From the NCBI GenBank assembly GCA_001179505.1, contig CDMY01000267.1, forward strand, positions 62,001 to 126,000: a DNA stretch of 64,000 bases. The letters run 5' to 3'. Source of the DNA: Vitrella brassicaformis CCMP3155 (taxonomy: Eukaryota; Protista; Chromerida). Shown here piece by piece: positions 49,062-61,748 of this stretch. The first letter of the stretch is position 1, and the number at the start of each line of letters is the position of its first letter. The notes under the pieces were generated by a model. The model made no database searches and was not told where the DNA came from. It was given only the letters and a program-made list of their open reading frames with translations. The position numbers and the translations under genes are program-made.

Positions 49062-52000
49062 ATGAAGCGCAGGAGGGAGGTGGGCGATGGATCTTCATCC
49101 GATGGGCCTCATCCGCCCAAGTGGAAGGCCGTGACGCTGGATCCACAACTACTCAGCGGGTCAGGGACGAGATACGCATCAAGTTCATTCGTCCTTTTAT
49201 TCACTCATTCATTCTGTTTGTTGTCATACTCTCTTGTGTTTACTCTCTTGTGTGTGTGTGTGCGTGTGTGTGTGCATGTTTGCTGCTGGCTGGTGGCCGT
49301 CATGCAGGCTGCAGGGTGAGGGCTTTTCGATGCTGGAGGAGCTCGACGAGGGTGAGGCGCCCATGGTGTTCCAACACAGGAGGGGCACAACCAGGAAAGA
49401 GGCCAACGACAAGAAGGGAGCCGCTCGCGACGCCGATGCTGCTGCTACTGTCGCCGATGGCCCCTCCAAGAGGAACAGAGAGATCAAGAAAAAGAAGAAG
49501 CCATCTTATCGCGATGATGACGCTCGGTAAGGCCGTCCCACACCACACCACACCACACCACACAAGCACAATCACGTCACGGAGGCCATCAGCGCCTCCA
49601 CACAAGGCTGATTCCTCCCCGCCTGTTGCAGCGCTGCTCTGCTGAGAGCTCTCAAAGCCAAGAAGCGCTCTCAGGAGGCGTCTGCTGCCTCCCCCGCACC
49701 CGCCCCCGCCCCCGCCCCCGCCCGCCCATCTGCAGACGACCTGTGGGAAGAGCTTCCGTCACTGCTGGAGCGGCTGCCGGATTGGGAGTGCCTCGACTAC
49801 GGCGGAGAGGCCCTGCTGCACCCCGCTGTGCTGAGGGCCCTGCTGGACCGAGGCTTCACCACACCCACACCCATCCAGAAGGCCACACTCACGCCAGCAC
49901 TCCGCGACCGCAAAGACATCGTTGGCGCCGCTGAAACGGTACACACAGACAGACAGACAGACAGACAGACAGGGAGAGGGAGGGAGGGAGGGGTAAGCGT
50001 GTCATCATTCTTTCTCTGTGTGTGTGTGTGTGTGTGTGAAGGGTTCCGGCAAGACGCTTGCCTTTGGCATCCCGATAGTGTGCAGTCTTTTGATCAGTGC
50101 GGACCGCAAGAAGCAGCGATACATTGAGAAGATGCACAAGAGGGCGGAAAGAGGCGAAGACGTCGACATGGACGCCGAACCCATGGCTGACGAGCCCATG
50201 CTGCGGTCGCTGGTCGTCCTGCCCTCACGCGAGCTGGCTGTCCAGGTGGCCGCGCACCTGCAGGCCATCATGGGTTACACTAACCTTAAGGTGAGCGTTG
50301 CGCGCCGCCCACCAGACAGACACTAGCGATGTCGTTCCGCATGTGTGTATGTGTGTGTGTGTGTGTGTCAGTGCGTGTGTGTGGTGGGCGGCATGGCGGT
50401 GCCGAAGCAACACCGTCTGCTGGACCAGAAGCCCCAGGTCCTCGTAGGCACTCCCGGCCGCCTGTGGGCGCTCACCGGAGGACTCAACCCTGCACTCTCG
50501 GTAACCTTTCACACACACACACGCACACACACACACACAGAGAAAGAGAGAGAGAGAGAAGTGCGCATGCACATTGATCAGGCCGGTGAGTCGCATCCGT
50601 ATCTGAGCGACCTGAGTGGTGTGCGTCACCTGGTGCTGGACGAGGCCGACCGGCTCATCGAGAAGGGACACTTCAGAGACCTCACGTCGCTGCTCGACAA
50701 ACTGTATACACAGTGCATGGCCAGAGGTGACCAGCCAGCCGACCACACACACACGCACACGGAGAGATGAGCCCAAAGGCAGGCCCGCTGTCTGTCTGTC
50801 TGTGTGTCTGTCTGTCTTCCTCTCTATCTGCAGATCAGCTGCAGGCGTTCGTCTTCTCCGCGACACTTGCAATGCCGCCGGTCAGACCCGCACACACCAC
50901 AGAGGAAGAGATATAACGCACCACCACAGCATCACAGCATCTTTATGTGTGTGCACACAGCGGCCCGACAAGTCTCTGCCACCCAAGAAGAAGAAGAAAA
51001 AGCAGAAGCAGAAAGACCTATCAGCCACCACCAGTGTGCCCGACGAGGGCTGCCTGGAGTTGCAGCCCCTGATGGAGCGGCTCCGCCTGCGCCCGAAGCG
51101 GCTCTTCACCGTCGACCTCACCACAAGCACACAGGATAAGACCACTTATGGTGGCGAGGATACCGATGCCGATGCCGGCAGTGGCGGTCTGGCGGGCGCA
51201 CAGGGGGGAGTGGTTAAGGTGGAGAGGCAGCGGGTGGACAGAGAGGGGGCTGGGAAGGTCAAGGCGGTGAGAATGAGACAAGGAGGGTGGGAGGGTGGGA
51301 GGGATGGTGTGTCTGTGGGCTGAATGTGGGTCTCATTCAGGGTGTCAAGCTGCCCGAGGGGCTGATGCTGACGATGCTCCACTGCGCTTCCAAAGACAAG
51401 GTAGGTGCACTGCGTCGAATCACCCACAGACACATGCCATCCCATCCACGTGTGGCGTGCTCCTTTGTCTGTCTGCTTCAGGAGATGCACCTGATGCTGT
51501 TCCTCCTGCAGTACTTCGCCAGCAGCCCAAGCGCATCGTCCGCGTCGCGTGTGCTGGTGTTCGTCAACGCCATCACCTATGTCTACCGACTCGACCCGCT
51601 ACTCTCGCTTCTGCTGCACACCAGCGGCAACCACAGCAACGTCATGGTAGCCGGCCTCCACGCCAACCTCAAGCAGGCACAGCGACTCAAGCGCATGGAC
51701 AGGTGGGGGAGGCTATATAGGGGGATGGGTGGGTGGATGATGACTCTGTTTGCTCGTGCCTCGTTGCAGGTTTCGCTCCAGCGGTCGAGGTGTGTTGGTG
51801 TGCACCGACGTGGCTGCTCGAGGGCTGGATTTGCCGCAGGTGGATGCCGTGATCCACCTCCAGCCGCCAAGGGACCCGCCCACGTTCGTCCACCGCAGCG
51901 GCAGAACCGCTAGGGCACTCAGAGAAGGTGTGTGAGAAGTCCCGCTCGACTCGATACAATACCCCGCATGGATGTCATGTCTTCGGTCGTTGGCGCGCAG

Positions 52001-52713
52001 GTCTGTGCGTGTGTTTCTGCGGGCCTGGCGACGTGACTCACTGGAACCGCATATTCTCTGCCATTGGCCGCGACCCCAGACAAGCGCCGCCCCCACCACA
52101 GATGGCCGCCGTCACATCCCGAGAAATTGCAGGTGGGCAATCCTTTGTTCAATCGCATGATGGAAAGAACCAAACCGGCCTGAATGTGTTTGTGTGTGTG
52201 GGCGGCCATCCATCCATCCATCCATCAGATGGTCGGCGCGTGTTTGCCCTGGCCAATGAGATAGAGAAGGCGGAGCACAAGGTGAGGGAACAGAGGAACA
52301 TACGAGCCGCAACAGCGTCGATAAGTCGATATGTTTCTCGTTCAGATGAGCAAGGAGAAGAGGGAGAAGTCCTGGATGCAACGCACGGCAGAGGAGGTGG
52401 GTCAGCCAGCCAGGCAGGCAGGCAGACAAGCAGGCAGCCCATCTATGACACACGCCATATCCCCCCCATCCCTCAATTCCTTCTCTTCCTTCAGGCCGAG
52501 TTGCCCTGGAACGATGACGACCACGGCGGCCAAGACGATTCCGATGACGAACTATCGGTGGGTGAGTCAGTGAGCTGAGCGACTGCACTACGGTGGCACG
52601 TGTGTATGGGTGTGTCCTTTCAGACGAGTGAGAGTGCGCTTCGCCGTCGATTGTCCGAGCGGAGGGCGCAGCTGGAAGCCGAGCTGGAGAAGCTCTGCAC
52701 GCAACTCGCCTAG
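49062..52713 (+). CDS. DDX24: DEAD-box RNA helicase DDX24/Mak5
   Basis: [14 protein letters not shown]-terminal motif, [16 protein letters not shown]|[83 protein letters not shown]. Confidence 0.93.
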
Positions 52714-53403
52714 CTACCCAGAGAGAGGCCGAGGGTCTGTTCCATCCTGTGGATTGATTGGACCATAGTCAGATTTCGATCCGTTCGTTCATGGCTGATG
52801 TCCTCTGTCGGACACACGATGCGCAAAAACACCTAAGTAATCTAATGCGATCGTGGTGTACGTGGCTTGACGAGCAGAGAGAGAGAGAGAGAGGCGCAAA
52901 AGAGCCACAACAATAGTGGCAAGCCACACTAGAGGTCATGCAGGTGCCTTCGCACCACGCCACACCACTTTCTGTCCTCCGGTCGCCAAGCTGCCTTTGC
53001 TGAGCTCAGCCCCCTCCCACACAGACACCTCGAACACACCTCAGTCTTTCGGCTTTGAAGGCCTTGCATGCCCCACACCCACCCTCACACCCTCACTGTC
53101 TCCCTCCACCCCGCCATCCACCTGTGGATGGGACGGGATGGACGGATCACGCACACACAAAGAGTGTTGGGCTGACCCTACAGTAGTAAGTATACCAATT
53201 GATGAGTGGCATGAATCGCCTGTCTGTCTGTCTGTCTGTGTGCCTCTGCATGTGGGTGGGTCTAGAGCTAGGGAAAGTGCTTCCTCTCGTTGCGGAGCGA
53301 CCTGATTGGGCAACCAACCAGAGACAAGGAAGAAGACGATCTTGTCTCGCCTGCACCCCTGTGCTCCTCCCCCCCTCCCTCCCTCCCTCCCCCCTTCAGT
53401 TGC

Positions 53404-56400
53404 CTACCTGTCTCTCCGCTGTCTGACTTCGAGTGCGAGTTTCCACCTCTGGGCCTGGTCCTCGTCGCCATGAGCCAGGTAGATCAGATCCTCACGGTAT
53501 CTGCACACACACACACACACACGGACACACGGACACAGAGTCCATGCTGGCAGGGCACACTGCTGTCTGTCTGTCTGTCTGTCCATGTGTGTAGCCATTA
53601 CCTGCAGTCGGACGGCAGGACGTCCGTCCCCCCGACGGGCGTCAGAGTGGCCGGCTCAAAGTCATACAAACTCCAATAGCTGCACACGCACACATGAGCA
53701 CCCACACACGATGCATGCGCTGTGCTGTGTGTCTCTCCCCATCCCCATACGACTCACACCACAGCGCACCCCGCCCACCCACCTTTTGCCGTCGAAGTGC
53801 AGCCCCTCCAGCCAGGAGCCCGTCACGCTCACCACACTCTTGCCATCCTTCTTGATGCTGCCACGCAGCGTGTCCACAGGCGTCCTCGGCAGCCCAAACA
53901 GCGGCCGACCGTCAGGCGCCAGCACCAGAGTGCAGGTGAGCCCGTTAGCCCGGTCCTCAAACCGCAGTCGGTCGACCCACTCGAAGGTGCGCGCCCCCCA
54001 TATGAGCCCGCTGAGCTTGGCTGCCGGCATGGTGTACTCGACGCGCCCGCCGTCATGGAACTCGACGACGAGCGGCCCCTCCTGTCTGCCGACCGCGGCG
54101 TTGCCCTTGAGCTGGCCCTTAAACTCGTAGAAGCCCCAGAAGCGGAAGAGCCCGTCTGGCCCGTCGGCTTGGAAGTGAGAGATCGGTGGGTGGTGTGAGG
54201 TGTGCTCCATGAAGAGGTGCGAGCCGTCGCACCAGGCGGCCTGGAAAGTCTCGCCGAGGATGGGGTTGAAGGGCTTCAGTTGGCTGCACGCTGCAGCCAT
54301 AACACAGGGGGAAGGAGAGAGGCAAATATGTGTGGTGGGTAGGTGGGCGCTCTCTCCCTCCCTCTCTCTCCCTCTCTCTCTTCCTCTGTGTCTCTTCCCT
54401 CACCTCTGTGCAGCCCCGCGACGCAAAAACTGATGACGTATTTGAGTCGTTCCAGCGCCTGATTGGGCCCTGGCGGCACCATGGCAGCCTTGCGCAGAAA
54501 GGTGGGCCCGAAGCTCCACTGGTCGCTTATCCGCTCCAGCCCCGACCGTGGCTCGAAGACCCTGACGGGCAGTGAGATGCTGACGATGTTCTTGCCCTCG
54601 AGCAGGGCCTGGCCGGCCGACTTGATGAGGTCCAGGATGACGCCCTTCTGCTTCTCCATCTGGGAGGCGTCGATGCACCTGAGCCCACCCTCGGGCAGAC
54701 GCACCAGGCCGTGCAGCGGCCACTCGCGGCGAGATGGACTACTGATGTGACATGAAGGGACGGAAGAATGTGAGATGAAATGCAGGCAGCGGCCGTCGTG
54801 TGCTGTTTGCTCACCTGTCGTTGCGTGGGTGCAGGTTGCTGCGTCTTGCTGACCCGCGCGTGCCCCCCGATGCAGAGGAGGCCTCCCCGCTGCGACTCCC
54901 ACTGCCGTTGCCGCTGGCACTTGCGGCGGTGAGTGGCGAGGGGCACAGCCCGTCAGTCGACGTGGTGGTCGCACCCGCATGAGCACTGCCGCTCCTGCTG
55001 CACACAGCCGCCGTGCCCTCCTCCCACACCTCACCGACTCTCTGCATACGCAGACAGATCAATGAAGGAAACGCGCAGCACAGAGATGGCGTGATCCCTC
55101 TCTCTCTGCTGTGCGTCAGTCAGCCACTCACCTGTTGCTTGCCGATCGTGCCGTTGATGGCGTTGTGATCGTGTTCGTGCTGCGGGGGAATGCCCGGGGC
55201 CACCAGAGTCAGATACCTAAGCTGTCCGATCGCCCGTGCCCTGGTCAGCAGACAGGCCTCCTCCCCCCAGTCGGGCACCCACCCACCGAAGGACACGCTG
55301 CCTACATACGTCAAGCGGCACGCACTCGCACCCCCACCGCCCCCNNNNNNNNNNNNNNNNNNNNNNNNNNNNNNNNNNNNNNNNNNNNNNNNNNNNNNNN
55401 NNNNNNNNNNNNNNNNNNNNNNNNNNNNNNNNNNNNNNNNNNNNNNNNNNNNNNNNNNNNNNNNNNNNNNNNNNNNNNNNNNNNNNNNNNNNNNNNNNNN
55501 NNNNNNNNNNNNNNNNNNNNNNNNNNNNNNNNNNNNNNNNNNNNNNNNNNNNNNNNNNNNNNNNNNNNNNNNNNNNNNNNNNNNNNNNNNNNNNNNNNNN
55601 NNNNNNNNNNNNNNNNNNNNNNNNNNNNNNNNNNNNNNNNNNNNCCTCCCCCTCCCCCTCCAGTGACAGGCCGTGCCGCCCACAGCTCATAACCCTCCGC
55701 CTTGATGGCCTTGGCGGCCTCCAGCGGAGCGATCGGCACATCGTCGGACGCCCCCACCAGAGTCGACTCGCCCGACAGGCCAGCAGTGTTGCCCCGTGCA
55801 GGCCAGCCGCCCACCCATTCTGCCACCGATGGCTGGCCGCCGCCATTGCCCCTCCCGAGCCAGTCGAGCCACGCTGTGCGCCTCTGTGGTTGCGGCGGCA
55901 TGGAGGGGGCGGCAACCTGCCCGTGACGAGTGTTCCTCCGGCTGCGTGCTCGTGCCGCCTGTGCAGCGACCGTCGCGTTGAGTAGGCGTCTCTCCGCGTC
56001 GTCGCTCGTCTGCAATAGGATGAAGTAGGATCCGTCAGCCAAAGACCACCAGTACCTTCGCCGACACAGCCGACGCAGCCCCAGGCCGACGTGATTGCCG
56101 CCAGGGAGTGCCGCCGAGGACAGCACGGGCCGGAAGGTCTCGTATATGACATCGTTGTGCGCGTCGATGGTCTCGATGCGCTCGCTCTGCAGGTGCCCCG
56201 GGAGCCACTCACGTGTCCGCTGCAGGTCCATCAGCAGGCTGAAGACATCTAGAGGGGGCGAGAAGACCATGCAGGTGGCCTGCACCAGACGCGCATCGGG
56301 AGGCAGCCGGGCAGCCCCTGCGCGTGGGCTGGACGACTCCCATCGCTCGGCGTAGCTGTACTGGCGCGGCCCTGGGTGCCGGTAGCGGATGAACAGAGTC

Positions 56401-59300
56401 AGACAGAACACGCTGAGCAGGACGGCCAATGCGCCGTGCCACGATGGGCTGGTCACCATGCTCTCGAAAACCCAGGCGAGAAAGCCGTCCGGTGCGCACA
56501 GGCTCGACAGAAAGGGGAGGATCAGCACCACCAGACACAGCCAGCCCAGCAGCCGCACGCAAGGCCCCCCGGCCATGCCTCTGCCATGACGCCGCGCCCC
56601 CCCGAAGACCCTCCACGTGTGGAGATCTGCGACCGACAGCCTCAGCCCCTGGTCGGCCTCGACGAGCGTCCCCTTGGCGTCCATTCTCTTGGCAGCCTTG
56701 CAGACCTCGTGCAGCGCCTCCTCGATGCCGTCAGACAGCTGGCCCACACTGGCGTTGGCACTCTTGCGCCACCACCATGGGTCACGATCACGGCTGTGGG
56801 TGGGTGGTGGCTGGCTCGGCAGAGGGAACCAGGGGGGGGATGCTGGCGCTGACATGTCCGACGAGGGGGAAAGGTCGTTCATCATGCCCTCATCGGAGGC
56901 CAGGGGGACCACCGGCAGCCGAGAAGGCACTGCTGCTGCTGCTGCTGCGGGTGGTGGTGGTGGTGCTGCTGCTGCTGCCGGTGGCGGTGGTCCTGGTATG
57001 GCCGCTGCGGTGTCCGGCATGTGTGGAGTGCCCTCCAGCCCCGGCCTGGCCCAGCTGGCGGGCAGGGCCAAGGACAGCGGCCCGCTGCTGCCGCTGCCGC
57101 TGCTGCTGATGATGTTGGCGGCTGAGGCCCACCTGTCCTGCCTGGGGGGGCCCGCTGTGGCCGTGGCAGACGCACCCGCGTGTGAGAGGGGGGCGGCTCT
57201 GTGTGTCTGTGTCTTGTGCTGCTCATTAGGAGGTCTGCGTAGTGACGTTGGGCTGGATGGAAATGGTGATGGGGAGGGGACCTGTGTGGGCGGCGCCGTG
57301 ACGGCTGAAGGGGCGTAGGCGGGGAGGGAGGAGGCCGCCGTGGCCGCCCGCTGCATCCAACCCATCCACTGCTTGGTCGCCTCCACTGTCGACGCACTGC
57401 AGTCAGTGAGAGGGGTGACAAGGGAGGGAAGGAACCACACAATACAATCAATCCAATGTGTCCGTCCTCTGTCCTTCACAGAGGGCGACATGCATACGCT
57501 ACGCACCTGAAGTGGAGGGTGCGCTTCCAGCCGGCCGATGACGTGACTGTCACGGCGAAGGCATGTGCCCTGCCGCTGACCTCCCCCGCCCATGTGACCT
57601 CGGCCCCCCTGAGAGGCACCCGCCCCCTGGGGACACTGTCCCTGGCGTCGCCGTAGTAGAACATGGCCGCGCCCCCCACACGCACCGTCACGTACCGACG
57701 GTGCCACGAGTAGCTTATCGGACCCTCACCTGCAAAGTCACACACACACATACACCCATACACACACAGAGGGCGCAATTGCAAGACGGAGAGGCCAGCA
57801 CCCTGTCTCTCTCTCTCTCTGTCACCGAGTTTGAAGAGGTATCCGCATTTCGGTCGTCTGGTGGTGGCTGTGAGGGGTGGTGCGGCCCCTGCACCACCTG
57901 GCAGGGCGCGATGGGATGACGGTGTGTGTAGGGCGGTGGCCGGGTGGAGCGGCGGCTTGGGGGTCCCCACACGCGACGATGACCGGCGGAGACTCAGGCG
58001 AGATGACGAACGCCGATACTAACAGACACAGGCAGATAGACACTGGGGTGTGGGAGCGTCTGTTCTCTGTTGTTCTGCCCTGTCCGGTGGTGGCTGACTT
58101 GACCTCTTCTAGTCGAAGAGACGGTGACCTGCCCAGCCGCCCACCTGCACCCATACACGCACAACACACACACCACTGTCGGCTTCCCTGTCTGTCTGTC
58201 TGTCTGTCTGTCCATCGGTGTCGTCTCAGCGTACGGTCTGTTCCGGTGGGTGATGCAGCTGCCTTGGGTGAGCGTCGCCTCCTGGATGATGGCGAGCCCA
58301 TCCCAAGGCCACCCTCGATGCCCACGACCTCCACCTCGCCGTCCTCGTCCTCTTGTGGCTCGGGGGTGGTCGGGTTGGCCTCCACGTTGTCGGAGTCCTC
58401 GTCAGAGGTGCGCTCCTTGGCCCACGCCTGCACCCAGCACACCACACACAAGAGAGCAGGGCAGTGAGGCCCCTCTCTCTCTCTCTGTGTGTGTGTGTGC
58501 AGAGTACCCTGTCGAGCTTGGCTTTGACTTGCGCCTCGAGGGCTCGGATGTCCTCCAGCCGCATGCCGTGCCACTCATCCTGAACACACACGACAGGCAG
58601 GTGTGTGCAGTCAGCCATCGATATACACAGACGGACTGTACTAGAGGTGGTCTGTCAGCCTTTCTCTCTCTCTCACCATCCAGCAGATGGCCTTCCGGTG
58701 GTACTTGAGCAGCGCGTTGCGCAGCAGCTTCTGCGTCAAATCCTCGATCTGACAAACAGACAGACAGACATAGACGCATGAGTTGTCTTGTTTTGGTTGA
58801 GCATTATCGTTGGTTGGGTGGGTGTGCGGGCGGTTGGCTTGCGTGCCTTGTTCTGGAACCCCAGGAGTGGGAAGTCGACGGCGATGACCTTGTAGCAGGT
58901 CATGACGGGGTCTGCCCGCGACATCCACTCCTTCGACATGGGCGAAAAACCTATACACACATGACAATGACACGCACACACGACACGGACGTCAGTGCGT
59001 GTGTGCGTTGGCGCGTATTGTGACCGATATCCCTCACTCACTGACTGACTCACCGGCCTTTTGTGATGAGAAGAGGGCGGGGTCTTCGTCTTCCCGGTAC
59101 TCATCCGGCGGGATGGGATCGTTGACGATGTCTATCACATCAACCTGGGTGGGTGCAGACAGACAGACAGCCATATGGATGGATGGATGGATGACATCTG
59201 TCCTGTCGTGGTGTCTTGTGTCTACTCGGGCGCACCTGTCTGACTCTGAGAGTCTTCTCCGGCAGGTCTAGAGGCTGAACACACCGCAGCCATAACCACA

Positions 59301-59335
<35 letters not shown>

Positions 59336-60227
59336 GGTGACGATCGAAACACTCCGGTGCTGCTTGTGGAGGTGGTGCTGGTCCTGGGAGGCGACCAGGT
59401 AACGCCCGTCACGTACGTTGTCGTGTGTGCACACTCCCGGGTGGTGCATGCTCTCCACAACCAGAGTCAGCCGAGGAAACAGCGGACACTGACACACACA
59501 CACACACAAGTGTCGATCCACAGCCATAGATCTGTGGGTGAGGGCTGCCTGTCTGTCTGTCTGTCTGTCTGCCTACCGAGTATTCCGTCTTGCACATTGG
59601 GAAAGCGTTCCATGCCTTCTCCTCGAACACCTGCACGACATCGCATACAGCATCAGGCAGGCGGGCAGGACACACATGAGGAGACCAAACACACAAGACG
59701 GGACGGGTTCGTGTCGACTCAGCGCCCACCAGCCACTTTGGGTTCGCCAAAGACAGCACCCACTTGGGCAAATGACTGCAACCATTCACACACACACAAC
59801 AGACAGACAGACAGACAGACAGAGAGGGGGGGGAGGGGCAAAAACAATACAACACAACACAATTTGCAGGCGGGCAGGCAGGCAGGCTGACTGACTGACT
59901 GAGTGAGTAGCTCATCTAACAAGAGCTGGCCTGGTCACGTGACCGTGCGCACCTCACCCTGCGATGGAGATGCGTTTGTGCGTGAATTGTCCGTCCCATG
60001 TGCCGTCTTTGAAGGGCTCGTTGGTGACAATCTCCACACCGTCGCCGCCAGCCGTGTCCTCCAAACTCGACTTGGCCACCATGTACAGCTGCGCTATCTG
60101 GTACTGCTGCAACCACAACCACACACACACACGTCAGCCGAAATGACCGACACGAGAGAGCAGAGGCCATTTGCTCGCTCACCTCGAGTGACAGAGGCAT
60201 CACCAGGCGGTATTCAACGGTCTTCAT
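53404..60227 (-). CDS. Multidomain lipid-transfer protein: PITP - PH - 2 TM - START - OSBP-related domain
   Basis: PITP: MKTVEYRLVMPLSLE|QYQIAQLYMVAK, GQFTHK, EEKAWNAFPMCKTEY, MTCYKV, YHRKAICW..DEWHGM. PH: KCGYLFKL..WHRRYV..QWMGWM. START: PPLDVFSLLMD..IDAHNDVIY..RRYW..DGSYFIL..CRLTYVGSVSFGGWVP. ORD: SISLPVRVFEPRS, KPFNPILGETF, EHTSHHPP, GSWLE, LPSDCR|YREDL. All introns I checked between domains keep the frame. Confidence 0.85.
55345..55644. other. Assembly gap (300 N) inside the START-domain exon, flanked by C/G runs
   Basis: A run of n characters; the flanks encode poly-Gly on the minus strand. Confidence 0.99.
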
Positions 60228-60393
60228 GGCCCCAGGCCCTGGCGCCTGTCAGCGATGCTCCTGGTGCACAGAGTGTTTATTCTCCTGCAGGCCTTTGAGT
60301 CGCGGGAAAAAGTGGCACCTCACGCTCCACACACAAAGGCTGCCAGTGCATTTTGGCCAAAGGGGAGAAAAAGAGAACACATTCCGAAGCTGA

Positions 60394-60469
60394 GCTCGCA
60401 GTCGGAGAATCGTCGGCTCGCAGCTGAGGCAAAGAGGGCGCCACCGGCTCCTCTCTGACCACGCTCGCA
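60394..60469 (-). promoter_or_regulatory. Cluster of three TGCGAGC motifs upstream of the PITP-PH-START-ORD gene
   Basis: gctcgca occurs at 60394-60400, 60416-60422 and 60463-60469, about 170-240 nt upstream of the ATG at 60227. Confidence 0.5.
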
Positions 60470-61748
60470 ATCACGCCGTACTTTGATTCATCGGCAGCCC
60501 TTGCAGTGTTTGTGTGATTCCGACTGCCCACAGAGCTTTGTGAAAGGAATGAATGCACCTGCCAGTGGACGCTTTGCAAACAAAGCTCTGACGTACCGCT
60601 GACTCGTTAACTGCTTCCCTGTTGTTGTTCTGTGCGCTGCTGTCTTGCCCCGGACAGACAGACAGACAGCCTTAAACCATCAAGTTCCTCACTGACGGCT
60701 GCCTGCCTGCCTGTCTGCCACAGTGTCAAGTTGGATATATTGCGGGACAGACAGACAGGATCGAGGCGTCTCTGTACAAAATATGATGCATGACACAGCC
60801 ATGGGCGCGGCGCAGCTGGTTGACTGACTGACTGACGCAAAAATAGATAGATACAGACAGCCCCTCCCCTCCGATCCACCCACACTCCACACAAATGTAT
60901 GTCACTCACCCACAAACACTGCCATCCAGCCATGGCCATCCATGTCTTGCGAGTCTGTCAGTGCTGGCCGCCTCAGCCATCAGCCGCAGTCAGCAATGTC
61001 ACTCACTCCCCCATTTCACGACAGCAACCCGACACGCACACGGCCGCCAAGCAGGCACAGGCGGCTCGGCTCCCCTGTGAAGCATTGATCCATCCATCCA
61101 TCCATTCCCTCGTGCCTTCACATGTGCACCCATGGACTGGACGCACCCACATGCACTCCACCCAGCAACACAACACTAGCTGTCCCGCCCTCTCCCCCCA
61201 CCAGCTGACTCACGCAGGCCTGCAGCCCCGACGTACACACACACACACACACATGCATACATCAGACCGGGAAAACAGACACGCCGGCAGTCAGGCAGCC
61301 AGTCAGGCGGGCGGCAAACAACCAGAGGGGTTCGTGCAGCTATGTAGGCTAGGCTAGGCTATGTGTGCAACTCACACAGTCAGTCGTAGGTTCGTTCCCC
61401 AGTAGAAGCTAGCAAGCCAGCCAGGCAGCCAGCCACTGACTCACTGACTCACTGACACGGACCGACCGAGCACCCACCCGCCCCCCTCTCCCCACTCAGT
61501 CATTCCTTCAGTCAGTGAGTGAAACCCACCGCAGTCAATTCGCCAGCTACTATAGATGGATGGACAAACAATTGAGAATTAGACATACATACGGCAGTAA
61601 GTATACTGATACAACAAGCAAGTAATTCCCCTCCACCTGCCCCCCCCTCCCCCGCCCTGCTGCATGAACCCACTCATGGACTCACTGCTGCTGTCCTGTG
61701 CTGTGCTGTGCGAGCCATCCATCGCTCGATGAATGGATGGATAGGCAA

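Noticed and set aside
55311-57707. 798-aa ORF as a stand-alone gene
   Set aside because: It starts inside the PH-exon/intron region in a different frame and runs through the N gap. It is an internal exon of the 53404-60227 gene.
60470-61748. Possible gene or ncRNA upstream of the PITP gene
   Set aside because: The sequence is repeat-rich and low-complexity, and I cannot support a coding or structured-RNA signature by eye.
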